Source: Priapulus caudatus (lineage: Eukaryota). Taken from it: DNA of 50,052 nt. Below the pieces are notes generated by a model. That model was given only the letters and a program-made list of their open reading frames with translations. It did no database searches and was not told the DNA's origin. This document shows, piece after piece, positions 1 through 36,427 of this stretch (positions are counted from its first letter, which is position 1; each line of letters begins with the position of its first letter). A program made the position numbers and the translations under genes. The stretch covers positions 271,683-321,734 of the forward strand of contig NW_014577071.1 in NCBI RefSeq assembly GCF_000485595.1, in the 5' to 3' direction.

Positions 1-52
1 TGCTGCTGCTGCTGCTGCTGCTGCCGAGAGAGAGAATCCATTATGATACTAG

Positions 53-129
53 CAAGAGTAGATAATAACACATTATTATTGTGTTATTACATACACATTT
101 TATACACATTGTGTTATTATCTACTCTTG
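53..129. mobile_element. Tiny TIR element or transposon excision scar
   Basis: Perfect 20-bp inverted repeats CAAGAGTAGATAATAACACA, flanked by an exact 7-bp direct repeat ATACTAG (46-52, 130-136). Confidence 0.8.
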
Positions 130-249
130 ATACTAGATAAGCGAGTTTTATCTATGGTCGGAGCGCTGGCCACGATTAAAGACCTGCTGTCATGCTCGCG
201 TGCGCAACTCCGAGCGTGTAATTAAGACTGCGCATATTAATACAGGGTG

Positions 250-250
<1 letters not shown>

Positions 251-285
<35 letters not shown>

Positions 286-308
286 CAGCAGCAGTAGCAG
301 CAGTAACA

Positions 309-345
<37 letters not shown>

Positions 346-371
346 CTCTCTCTCTCTCTCGCTCTCTCTTG
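251..371. repeat. (CAG)n followed by (CT)n microsatellites
   Basis: Direct inspection. Confidence 0.9.
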
Positions 372-1060
372 CTTCCTCTCGAGCGTGCCCGCCTGCACCG
401 ATCAATTAAAAATTGTCTCAAAAATTCTCTCTCTCTCTATATATATATATATGTTTTTATATGTGTGATATTTTTCTATCCGCGCACACATTCTGCCCGT
501 TTTTTATTTAATCACTGTATTTATTATATTGCTGCCTTATTGTGTTGCATTTCATGGGGTTATCAATTGCTTAGCAAATGAATTTGCGCTATAATAACAG
601 TACATATATATACGTAAAGAGTTGTGTACATATAATGACATTTTATGAAAGCGTGCGTCACGCATCTCGGTGCGTTGCCGTTATCCGATGTCGCAGCGGT
701 GCTGCCACCAGTGGCTGTTCGCCGAAACTTGCCCGCGCCAACTGAAGCAGAACCAGCGCGTGATCTAACACCTCATTCAACACTTTCTCCGCGCTATTGT
801 CACAGCGCTCGCGATTCATGCAGCACTAGAAAGAGAAAGACGACCAAATTACTCGCAGGCACCAGCCTTTACAGGCCGGTTTGTTTTGATCAGGGGGGTC
901 TAGCTTTGCGCTCGGGCTTGCGAACCAGTTTGCGCTCCGAGCATGCCTGTGCTACTACTGCTGCCGCTGCTTCGCTTGCTCGCTGCTGCTATCTAACTCA
1001 CGAAACGCACCGTCTCAGAATTTTTATCGATAGATTCTTATAGAACACCACACGTATACG

Positions 1061-26011
<24,951 letters not shown>

Positions 26012-28455
26012 AGAAAGTTTTTGAAGGCGACTCATGGCAAAGCATATTATAGGCCTATACATGAGTGGAATTATCAGTGAATTTCCACAAAAGGGTATGT
26101 GGAGCGGAAGGCAGCGGCGCCCATGACGAATATATGTAGCCATGAATATAATTCTCATGTGACGTTTCATGAAATTAGAATTCGTATATACGACCAAGTT
26201 GTTTATGAATATCATTTATACTGTCGTATCGATGTAATCGTGATATTGACTTGCCCGTGACAGCGTTTGGTCCTTTTTAGTCAGTGATATTTGGATAAAA
26301 ATGTTAGAACGTGAAGAAATCTATGCAACAGTACGTCATGCTCAAATTGTACAGATGTATTGCTCAATTTTAAACTGATAGCCTTAAAGGCAAGGACGAA
26401 GAAACGACTAGAGTTCGTAATGGATTATTTGTATAAATTATGTTATTCTCGAATATATTGTTTAGATTAGTGGATAATGGCCTATGTTATCAAATACCTC
26501 ATGGTGTAAAACAAGTACACAGGTTGCCACTATATATATTTGTAGATGTATTTGCAGGCGTAAACGAGCAGACATATACGCGTTCTGGTGAGATTATGTA
26601 CTGAAGGGGTTTCTTAGTCTTGAACTACACGGGAAACCAGTTATGTTGCTCGGATCAAGCCTGTATACGTTTTTGGGGAAAATGTACCCAATATGTAAGA
26701 TATTTAGGGGGCACGCTGGCTAAATCACATATAAATAGGCTCCCAAAAAGAACCATGGAAAGCTGCAGACCCTTACAACGGGGTTTATTAGAGGTTTTGG
26801 GTCAGTAGCCATGACGGGCAGGCGATTAAAAAGCCATGCATTTTACCTATTCGTTTAACCCTTTTCTTTTCGTTGCAAAGTAGCTCAAAGGCAAAACTCC
26901 ATGTCGCACAAAACACAGCCGTTCTTAGAGCCATTCAACGGATTTCAGCGCAACTTTGCCCAACTATCAAGCGCCATTTCCACAAGAATTCTCATATTTC
27001 ACCGCCTGGCTGCGTTCCCAGTGTGTGCTTTCAAATTTGAAAATGCAGAGTAAAGCTACCGCACAATGCGTGGCTGAAAATGGAAAGGCGCATGCCTGAA
27101 CAGCTTGGGGCAGTTTTTTTATAAAGTACCTCACAAGCATGTAAATTTCACGTCTAGTCAGCTAGAAACGCTCTCGAGCAGGTGTTCGGAGCGCAATTCT
27201 ATACTTTCTGGGTAATTTCTTGTCGTCGGGTCTAATATAACCACTTCAATTTAAGCAGCTCAACAGCGAGCGAGAGAGAGAGAGGGGGGGGGGAAATTAC
27301 CCATACAAAATGTCACACTAGTTTTTTTTCGAGAGAAGGTAAAATGAATCTCCTCTTTAAAGTTTTGAATTAATATATTATAATATGTTGTTGTAAACTG
27401 TTGTGGGGGATCGTGAGTCGATGCAGGTGTGGGTTTTTAAGTACTAATATTGGTGTTCGGGTAACGTGTACGGGTCACGGAGGTTGGGGGCTTCCATATA
27501 TATACGCTATTTTACTAGTTTATCTACCTCTAATTCTACCTCAAATTAGTCTCCACACTTGTAAATGGTTGAGTGTTATTGCTTAGCTATGAAGACCATT
27601 ATATATGAGATATGCGTGCAGTGTCGGTCAATGTGCTAAGTGAATATAAGTGGACACAGCGCCAAGACACGCGAATACAGTTTAGAAATAAGCAATAACA
27701 ATTCTTCTCTCAGGGTAGATGTTGTGGATTAGACAATTATCTATGGGATATGGTATATTAAAATGTGGATTTAATCTATTGGGGTCTTATTTTTAAGAGA
27801 TGTACACCATGCACTGTATGTATTCAATGGAATTGTCGCTGTTATTATCATAAAGCGTTATATATGTTGTAGTATGTGTCCTGAGTATATGCACGCACCA
27901 TCTCTCACTTTCACCCCCGTGCGTCTATTGATTAGGCGTGCTTGTATGTATTTGTAATCGACTGTGTGGCATTATGGAACTATTATATTATATTATACCT
28001 CAACACTTTCCCGTATCGGTTGCGTTCATTTCCCTTATTATTATTAGATACAAAATGTACTGTTACTAAAACAAATCGTACGCGAAGTTATATCAACTTC
28101 ATGGAACATGTTACAACGTATAACGTGTCACATGATTTCCATAAGGGCCTCAATAATTTCATCACGTTAACTTGTCTGCAAGCATTAAGAATAGGCGAGC
28201 ATAGCAAAAATCAGGTATTACCCTTGCCTTATGAAAACTTGTTGGGACCTGCTACGCTAATCGTATCACCGCAAATATCGTCTACGTGTAAGCATGATGT
28301 TTGTCAAGATCCATTGCCATCTTCTTTGCCAACATTTATGCGCAGAATCTTCGTAGAGCTATGCAGATGATCAATAGAAGTTGAAACGAAGATAAAGTCG
28401 AGTTTGTTATATCGACATACTTTATTTTTGTGACCAAACATGATGTTATTGACGA

Positions 28456-28461
28456 AATAAA
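28456..28461 (+). terminator. Candidate polyadenylation signal of the Prdm-like gene (3' UTR about 2.45 kb)
   Basis: AATAAA followed 25-60 nt later by a GU/U-rich tract (tttgttgatacttacttgttgctcttacttgtttgtctgt). Confidence 0.45.
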
Positions 28462-29042
28462 CACGTAAAACTGTGTAAGCATTCATTTGTTGATACTTAC
28501 TTGTTGCTCTTACTTGTTTGTCTGTAACAAAGAGTTCGATGTGTTTCGTATTAACTATGTAATTTTTTTTTTACTAATTACTTAATTAGTATAGTACTAC
28601 TTAATTAATGTAATTACTATAATTACGATCTCATTTCACGTGATGCGAGTTAGCAAAGAGTCAGATAAGACTGATACACCGACAACGTTTTATTTAAAAA
28701 TGATTAAGAACATGGTCATGTTTCAGTAATCACGATATAATGATGTATTATTCTCAATGTTCAACTCATAATAACTGATAATAATATAAATACTCGCCGG
28801 TTTATTTTAGAAGGAAAGTATTCAACTTAATCTTTATGTTTACCCCCACACACTCGCCAGTATTTTACATAATGTTCCGTGTTTTGCGTAGAATACTCTC
28901 TGCATATCAATGGTAATAACATTATTGAGAGGTATTCTTGCTATTTTATCAAATCAATGTGTATTTAAATGCATGCCCTATTTAGTTGTGGTGCAGCTGG
29001 CAATACGCTGGTGCCTTGTCTGGACTGGTATATTGTATAGTG

Positions 29043-29056
29043 GCACCATCTAGTGG
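29043..29056 (-). promoter_or_regulatory. CTCF-like motif (reverse orientation)
   Basis: Minus strand CCACTAGATGGTGC, one mismatch to CCASYAGRKGGCRS. Confidence 0.45.
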
Positions 29057-30023
29057 GTGCTCGCGATTAGGAAGTTTATTAGAAAATATTAAAACTAGCA
29101 GCTGATTTCACAGCCTGCAATTGGATGCAATTTAGTGCAATAGTTGCGCAAGAAAGCTATATATTTATAGAATAGGGGTAATAATGGAGAAAGAATGCAT
29201 CTCTGCTGCATCACTAGGAGAATAAGGAGGGTAGCGTTTAGTTGCACTATTGAGCTAATATTAAAAATAACAACTATATCAAGAGCTTATAAAGAAGGTA
29301 TATTTTTCTTCTCTTCTCCTTCTTTATACGCTCTTGACTATATGCATAACTGAAAGAACCGGACGCCTAAATCCACGAATCTGCGTATAGTGATGAATAG
29401 ATTAATTACTTCACCCGCCCAACCTACATCTAATAATCGTGACACAAGTCAAACCGAACCGACATGGAGTTACTCAGTACATTTTCTAACCTTGAATGTA
29501 CACCGCACATACACTCATGCATTAAGGTGGACAATGAACCTGAATTTCCCTATCAACCCGCGTATAGTCAGCAAGCTGCTACGCTCTGACAGAAGTTATT
29601 TTCCATGAAGCAGAGATGTTATCATGTGCGTGCAATTGGTCAGAAGCGGCAGAGTTTGATAAAATTGTGTATTTAAAAAGGAGAAGACATATTCAGAAAG
29701 AGTTTTCCATAAAAAAATGTACAACGCTACGCCTCCCTTATGGAATAACAGAAGCCCAATTATCTCAACATCTTGATCACCCACAACGCCGAATAAAATT
29801 ATTCATGTTCTCTGCTGACGTTGGTCGGCGCTAGTGTCGCGCATGAGAAGTAGCGTATGGCGTTAAACTAAATATATTCGCATCACTGCGTTGTCGCTAA
29901 CTCATTTTCCAAGCAGGGGTAACGCCTCGGGCAGTTTGCGTTCTGGACTGTTGACCGTTGGCAGTTCGCCATTGCCGCTGCCAAAGTCTGGTAACTGCCC
30001 CCCCCCCCTTCGCTAGCTACCGC

Positions 30024-30037
30024 CCAGCAGGTGGCGC
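30024..30037 (+). promoter_or_regulatory. CTCF-like motif (forward orientation)
   Basis: CCAGCAGGTGGCGC, exact match to CCASYAGRKGGCRS. Confidence 0.5.
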
Positions 30038-30997
30038 TTACGAAATTTGGGCGCAGCCAGAGCAATACATGTAAATGATCTCGTTTCATACACGCATCGT
30101 ATACACCAATTTATATAGCTATGTATGTCTAGTACGTAGAGCTACCGGATTTTATAAATGTAGCAGCCAACAAACATGTCACACGGGGATGTTAGAAAAC
30201 TCATTCAATCTACTTTGGGTCAGTCGATGGGTTGTCGGGTCTTTTTGTGAACGTCGTCTTACATCCCCTCCACTGCACACACCAGCAGAGACAAAGTAAT
30301 ATCTTGGCAACCGTGTTCTGTAGGTCTTTCGTGTGGTTTCTTTCGAGATAATATCATCAACCCTAAAACTCGATCCTTCTCTATCCGGCATGACTCCTTA
30401 GAAACACGGTTCCCTTTGTTATCTGAGTGATTTTGGCTCGTTTTCTTTTTATTTTCCCCTTCCCTCTTATTAGTGACTTCCTGCCTACCTAGTCGTTTTT
30501 CATTACAAATATATGATACCATCGGAGAAACAGCTTCTGAGTTATGAGTAATCCACGCTATAAACCATTTTATCGTGTAACGTGTGCGGAGGGTGTTATT
30601 ACGTAAAATGCATGCCCTAAGCCCGCAGTTAATGCCTAATGAATATTGAAATTGTCTTCTTTTTAGTATGCGTAAAATTATGTTACAAGTAGGTATGTGC
30701 AAACGTTGTGTTACGAAAAATATTCTTAAAAATAAAAGATCAAAGGCAAATTATTAGGCCAATCGACTGTTAAAGTGTAGCTTTGCCTGCAACTTTCCAT
30801 GCAAGCCTTAGTATGTATATTGTCCCCTTTTCTGTTCTAGTCTAAGGAAAAAGTAATGCCTGTCAAGTGAAGTCGACTGGCAATTTGCAATGGGGCGACC
30901 ATCAGTTTCGGATGCATGATATCAAGAACACATTAAACATCGATAATATACGAATATATAATAATATATACACACGACACCACACACACACACACGA

Positions 30998-31029
<32 letters not shown>

Positions 31030-31042
31030 CACGTTCGCACAC

Positions 31043-31077
<35 letters not shown>

Positions 31078-31488
31078 CATTTGACACACATCACACACAC
31101 ACACACACACACACACACAGCACAGCTATATATATATAGTATATAATATATATATATATATATAGAAAGATAGCGAAGAGAGTCAGAGAAAATGCGAGAG
31201 AGAGAGAGAGCACCGAGAGAGATATATATATGAATACAATTATATGCTTGAAATGGGAAAGAGTCGCCGACTCTATCTCTGTCCATGTCATCTTGTAGTA
31301 TGTTGTAGTGTATTGATGATATTATTGTGTATGTAGTAGATTTTGCTTGAAATTTGAAACCTTTCCTCCAAATGCTTACCGACTCATAGCAGGTTTATTT
31401 GTATGTATTGATTGGATATTATTTGTGTATGTAGTTAGATTTTTGCTATGAAAATACGACTTTTCTCTACAGCTACGCACTAATTTAG

Positions 31489-31532
31489 CAGGAGTAAGAT
31501 AATAGTAGAAATATCTATATTATCTCCTCCTG
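31489..31532. mobile_element. Tiny TIR element or excision scar
   Basis: CAGGAGTAAGATAAT...ATTATCTCCTCCTG; flanks CTAAT(TT)AG and CTAATAG; the arm resembles those at 53 and 7002. Confidence 0.6.
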
Positions 31533-31729
31533 CTAATAGTAATGGATTAATAGCAGAATGCATGCAGAAAAAACATGCACCCGTGGCGCCCCTCTATGTG
31601 AAAGCGGCAAAGTCTCTACCATCTGCTGTCCATATAATTTGGACCAGCTAATAGTAATAGAAAATGTCGTATGCCATAAGGGCAATAACGTATGCAATAA
31701 CGTATCACTCCGGAACAAATACACGCTTG

Positions 31730-31873
31730 CAGGGGGATCTAGAAGGGCGTCGAGGGGTCGGACCCGCCCCGCTTTTTACCACAGAAAAAGGAAAGAAAAC
31801 ATACACATCAGCACGCACGCACGAGCAGCTAACGCACGCACCGCCGCGCAGGCAGCGACACAATCACAAGCCC

Positions 31874-31912
<39 letters not shown>

Positions 31913-32344
31913 CACAACACACACACACACATCACACACACACACACACACAACACACACTCGCCCAACACACACACTATGGAGCAGCACAGACACGCAC
32001 AACACACCACTTCTCTTATTTGTCTCCTATAAAAAAAATCTTGTTTAGCGCTAGTTTTCTGATAAAATTTATCTTATATATATTAAATTCGTTATAAAAA
32101 CCTAGAATGGGCAAAAAGGGGTCCGCAAGGCGTCCGGTGGACCGGATGTCTGATAAAATTTGTGCAGTTTAGAGCATCAAAAAATTACTGCTCATATGTC
32201 TCTCAGCAATGCACCAATTTTTTAAAAAAATCCCAAAGGTTGCCTTCGGCAGCAATTTTAAAACCCAGAAAAAGTAAGCAGGAAAAACTGCCCTTTATTC
32301 TTCCTGGACACCACCCCCTTTCAAAAAATCCTCGATCCGCCCTG
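31730..32344. mobile_element. MITE with GGGGCGGATC-type ends (PIF/Harbinger-like), with an internal CA microsatellite
   Basis: Left end CAGGGGGATCTAGAAGG and right end TCCTCGATCCGCCCTG form an imperfect inverted repeat. Superfamily is inferred from end style only. Confidence 0.5.
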
Positions 32345-32529
32345 CTATACTTGTGTGCCAAATGTTGTCTCCGTAAGATTAGATGTGCGATAAATATCAC
32401 TGGACGGAAGCAATAGCTAAACTGTTCATTCTAAAATTATATTTTTTTTTACCAAATGTAAATTAATAATATGATCACCACTGTCTACACATACATATCC
32501 CATAATACTAATACCACTATAATATGTTG

Positions 32530-33025
32530 GATGTGTGTGGTGTGTTGTGTGTGTGTGTGTGTTGTGTGTGTGATGTGGTGTGTGTGTGTGTGTGTGATGG
32601 TGTTGTATGTAGTGTGTGTCGCCGCGAACGCGTGTGAATGTCAGTGTGTGTTGTGTGGGGGGGGGGGGAGCGTGCATAATTGATGATCGTTCATCGATGA
32701 GTGGTGTATAATATGAATGGGTGTGTGGGGGGGNNNNNNNNNNNNNNNNNNNNNNNNNNNNNNGTGCATAGGTGCGTGCGTGGGTGTGTTTGTATGTGAG
32801 TGTGAGTGTGCGTGTGTGGGTGTGGGTGTGTGTGTATATATGTGTGTGTGTGTGGGGGGGGGGTGCATAGGTGCGTGCGTGGGTGTGTGTGCGTGTATGT
32901 GAGTGTAAGTCCGTGTGTGTGTGGGGGGGAGGGTTGCGTGCATAGGTGCATGCGTGCATGCGTGGGTGTGTTTGTATGTGAGTGTGGGTGTGCGTGTGTG
33001 GGGGGAGGGGGTTGCTTGCATGTGT
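32530..33025. repeat. GT-rich degenerate tandem repeat (GTGCATAGGTGCGTGCGTGGGTGTG... units) spanning an N gap
   Basis: Direct inspection. Confidence 0.8.
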
Positions 33026-35582
33026 GCGTACGTGTACGGGCTTTTATTCGTACCGATCAAGGGGTAAAAACCTATTATGACATGTAAGGTGGAATTATAG
33101 TTCAATATGATTATAGATTATGTTTTGACAGGGAGTTTGACATAAACATACTCGCCCCTTCTAAAACCATTATATTCCCATCGTTGGAGTGAATTACAAT
33201 GTGTTTTCTTATTCTTTCTTGTTCTTATTCCTTCGTCTATCCACTGACTCCGATTATAGCACGTACGTGTGTCGAAATGTCGAAAAGAATTTATTACTCA
33301 GACCAACCCGACCCGACTACTGCCGCACCAGCGGCCCAACTCGCTTGTTTGTGTGGGCGCAGTCATTACGCCGCCCCACGTGACCGTCTTTAACCAGTCA
33401 CGAGAGTTTCTCAAGGGGGCAGGAATTATCAATGCACTGCACTGGCTGGCCGTCGTGAATGAAAGCAAGCATCTTCCCGTTGCTGTACACGTCTCCGTAC
33501 GTGGCCGTGTACATAAGTGCGTGCAAGACAACTCGGTTCGCGTTGTCAGCCATGTTTTATAGCGTAACAACAAAAGAAGTTCTGTAGCGCACGCATGACT
33601 GATCTAAATAATTTGACTGGCCGAGTGAGATTCACACAGTCCGACTCAGGAGTTCCCACGCCTTCTTTGACATCGGCAAAGCGCAGATGAGTAAGACAAA
33701 GAAAGTGAGTGCACGTTGAGTTGTAGTAGCGTATGATCACTGCGTGTATGTAAATGATCACGATCGGTAAATGGTATTCTACTGACGTAGAGTAAGAAGA
33801 GCACAGGACACCGGATCGTCGGAGAAAGGACAGCTGGTTCGTAGTGACACCCGTTCGATATACGCCTTGCTTACTTCGCAGCACATGTACTTATGGCTAT
33901 TCAGTATTCTAACTGCACCGACACTTCGTCTATTTTACGGTATGCTTGAACCAAAGTTATATACTAATTACTATATTAGTTATTACTACACTAGTACTCG
34001 GCGCAAACACGGGTATAAGTTTATTTAACAGAACTAGTAGTAGTTGTGTCTCGATATATCGTTATTGAAATCATCATGGCTGCAATTCAGGCTGGTTGCA
34101 AGAGATTGTTTACATGATACAGCAAATACGACAGCCGTGCACTTTATGTTGAATATTCATCCTGGGTGTATAACATCTTAAATGCATTGCAGACCATGTT
34201 TTGTTGGTGGTGGTGGTCATATTTTACTTGTATGTGTGCAACAAAAAGTAATGCAATCTTATGTTATGTCATGTTGAAGCTATTATACAAACAGAAGCGA
34301 TGTGCATATAGTACCTGGTCTAATCTGGCATAACAACGCTTTAGTACTATAATTATCTCAGTTTACATGTTGAACTAGATTAGTTGCACGTGTACATCCT
34401 TCAGGTTAAAGAAAGAACATGTGTATCATGTGAAGTAAAACTGGTATGGGTGTGATACCCACAGACTAAACAGGGATTGCTGTTTAGATGAAGTAGATCC
34501 AGCTTGGTTTGTAGAACATGCCATGGCATAAATTTTAACTGATGAGACTAGTCTCTGTTAGTGTAGACTTGAAAGGGGAGATTTTCAGTTTGAAGTCAGT
34601 TAACAAGAACATTTCCCAAAATATATATATGTGAGTTGCCATCGACAAGTCATAATACATTACATGTAATAACTTAGAGTATTTATGCATCGATACTACC
34701 AATGCTGTCAAAAGGGATGCATGTGATGTATTGATGAATAATTTTCTGGTAGGGTAGACTTTTTTAAAATGTACATGTAGATTCTGTTCTTTTGATCATG
34801 CATTGTATCACATGGTAGTTTTAGTTACATAGCTATGTTTCACATATTATTTACTAAATTTCACCCTAGTTCACAAGCCACAATAATTCTACATGCCGCC
34901 CGGCGCCTGGTGTAAACACCTGTATTCTCATTTTTAATAATTATGGTACTGGTAATCATGAGTTGGTTTTCTAAAGCTAATGAATTCTATAAAATCATGT
35001 AGTAGTTTGTGTTTGAAATTTTTGCTGCCCTGTCTAATTATTTATAGCCTGCTTATAAAGTTGTAGGGCTATCGTACTGTAGGGTGCAAGAACTTATGTG
35101 AGCATTCTTGTAATTCCAAAGTACATGTATCGTTAATGATTGATTTCTAAGATAGTCTACTAGATTTCAAAGTAGCCAGTCTATTTGCCAGTTATAAAAA
35201 ATTGTATGTATCTTTCTTAGGCAGGCTTGTCTCGAAACAAGCCACCGTTCTAAAATTTCGAAAGTATATTGTTATTGCCGTGAGTCAATTCTTCTCACGA
35301 ATCAATTGATCAGTTTATTAGTAAATGTATCGTGACGTTAATGCGTCATCTCTATCAGCTGTGATGTGGTAACTTTATAGACCACGTGACTCTTATTTAC
35401 AATGTAACTACAACCTTTGCTTTGTTTACACACAATGATTGTAGATAATATTGTTATATCATGTACTGCCACAGTGTCTAGCTGTTGATGTTACTGATGA
35501 AAGTAACTGGTTTAACTGGTTAAGTTGAACTTATCATCTGATGTCTATTTGTTTATGTTTTACTTCTAGTAAAGTAGAAGAA

Positions 35583-35678
35583 ATGGAATTGGAGTTCTAT
35601 GGCGATCTAGTTAACCCCAAACAGGATTTCATCTTTGGTAGAATCATGTCCGCCATGGCTATAACTGCAAATGAAACG
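35583..35678 (+). CDS. ets1: Probable Ets1/2 (pointed-P2-like) gene, first coding exon MELEFYGDLVNPKQDFIFGRIMSAMAITANET (exon begins 35570)
   Basis: Acceptor ttttacttctag at 35569, ATG at 35583, donor GTAAGT at 35679, phase 0, in frame with the next exon. MELE..Y...GRIM resembles recalled arthropod Ets1/pointed N-termini (unverified recall). Confidence 0.65.
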
Positions 35679-36097
35679 GTAAGTCCAAGAATAATAATTA
35701 TCATAATCACTATACTCACTTCGCTCATTTCACTTGTGTTTTACACGTCGGATATTCCAGCATATTTTCGATTATTTTGTGAAAGTACACAATAATAAAA
35801 CATTGTTACTATATGAAGGCAAGAACTTTATAACTTGGTATGTGACATCTCAGTTTCGAGTAAAATATGTAGATATATCTATAGATCGTAAGCACAGATA
35901 GATATATAAGTTACAGCATGCATTTTTAAGTGGTCTCGTCTGGTTACTGTTATCCTGCTGTTTCATAATCGGATAGACAGAGAAGCCAGCTTTATTAATG
36001 GGTTATTTCTAAATATTGATACAAACATGTCTGGACATTTTTCCCAATTGATGTAAAATTAATTATGTGCTACTTTGTAATACATATGTACTAATAG

Positions 36098-36427
36098 CAG
36101 GGTTCGTACGGGTCATGGAAAACCTGGAAAGTCATGGGATTTCATTTTTCTTCAAAAGGCCTGGAAAAGTCCTTGAAATAGAATAATTTTGTACAAATTC
36201 ATGGAAAAGTCATGGAAATATGTAATATATTAGTTTTAAGTAGTTGTTTGATAAATAAATTGCCTTTCAATTTCCAACATTATTTACGGTATGTCACTTT
36301 ATTGCTCTAGCCTAGCTGCTAGTTTGTGGTAAATTGCATCAAAAAGGTCCTTGAATTTATGGATTTTGGCATGGAGAAGTCATGAAAAGTCATGGAAAAA
36401 ATTCTCCAACCTAGGGGAAGAACCCTG
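36098..36427. mobile_element. Non-autonomous hAT-like MITE
   Basis: TIRs CAGGGTTC and GAACCCTG; many subterminal GAAAAGTCATGGAA-like repeats; no intact target duplication seen. Confidence 0.7.

Noticed and set aside
645..1043. 132-aa ORF upstream of exon 1
   Set aside because: No recognisable motif, stops before and out of frame with the Prdm ATG; likely promoter or UTR.
31300..31490. About 100-bp tandem duplication
   Set aside because: Differences are indel-dominated and nearby microsatellites are noisy, suggesting low-accuracy gap-fill sequence; not interpretable.
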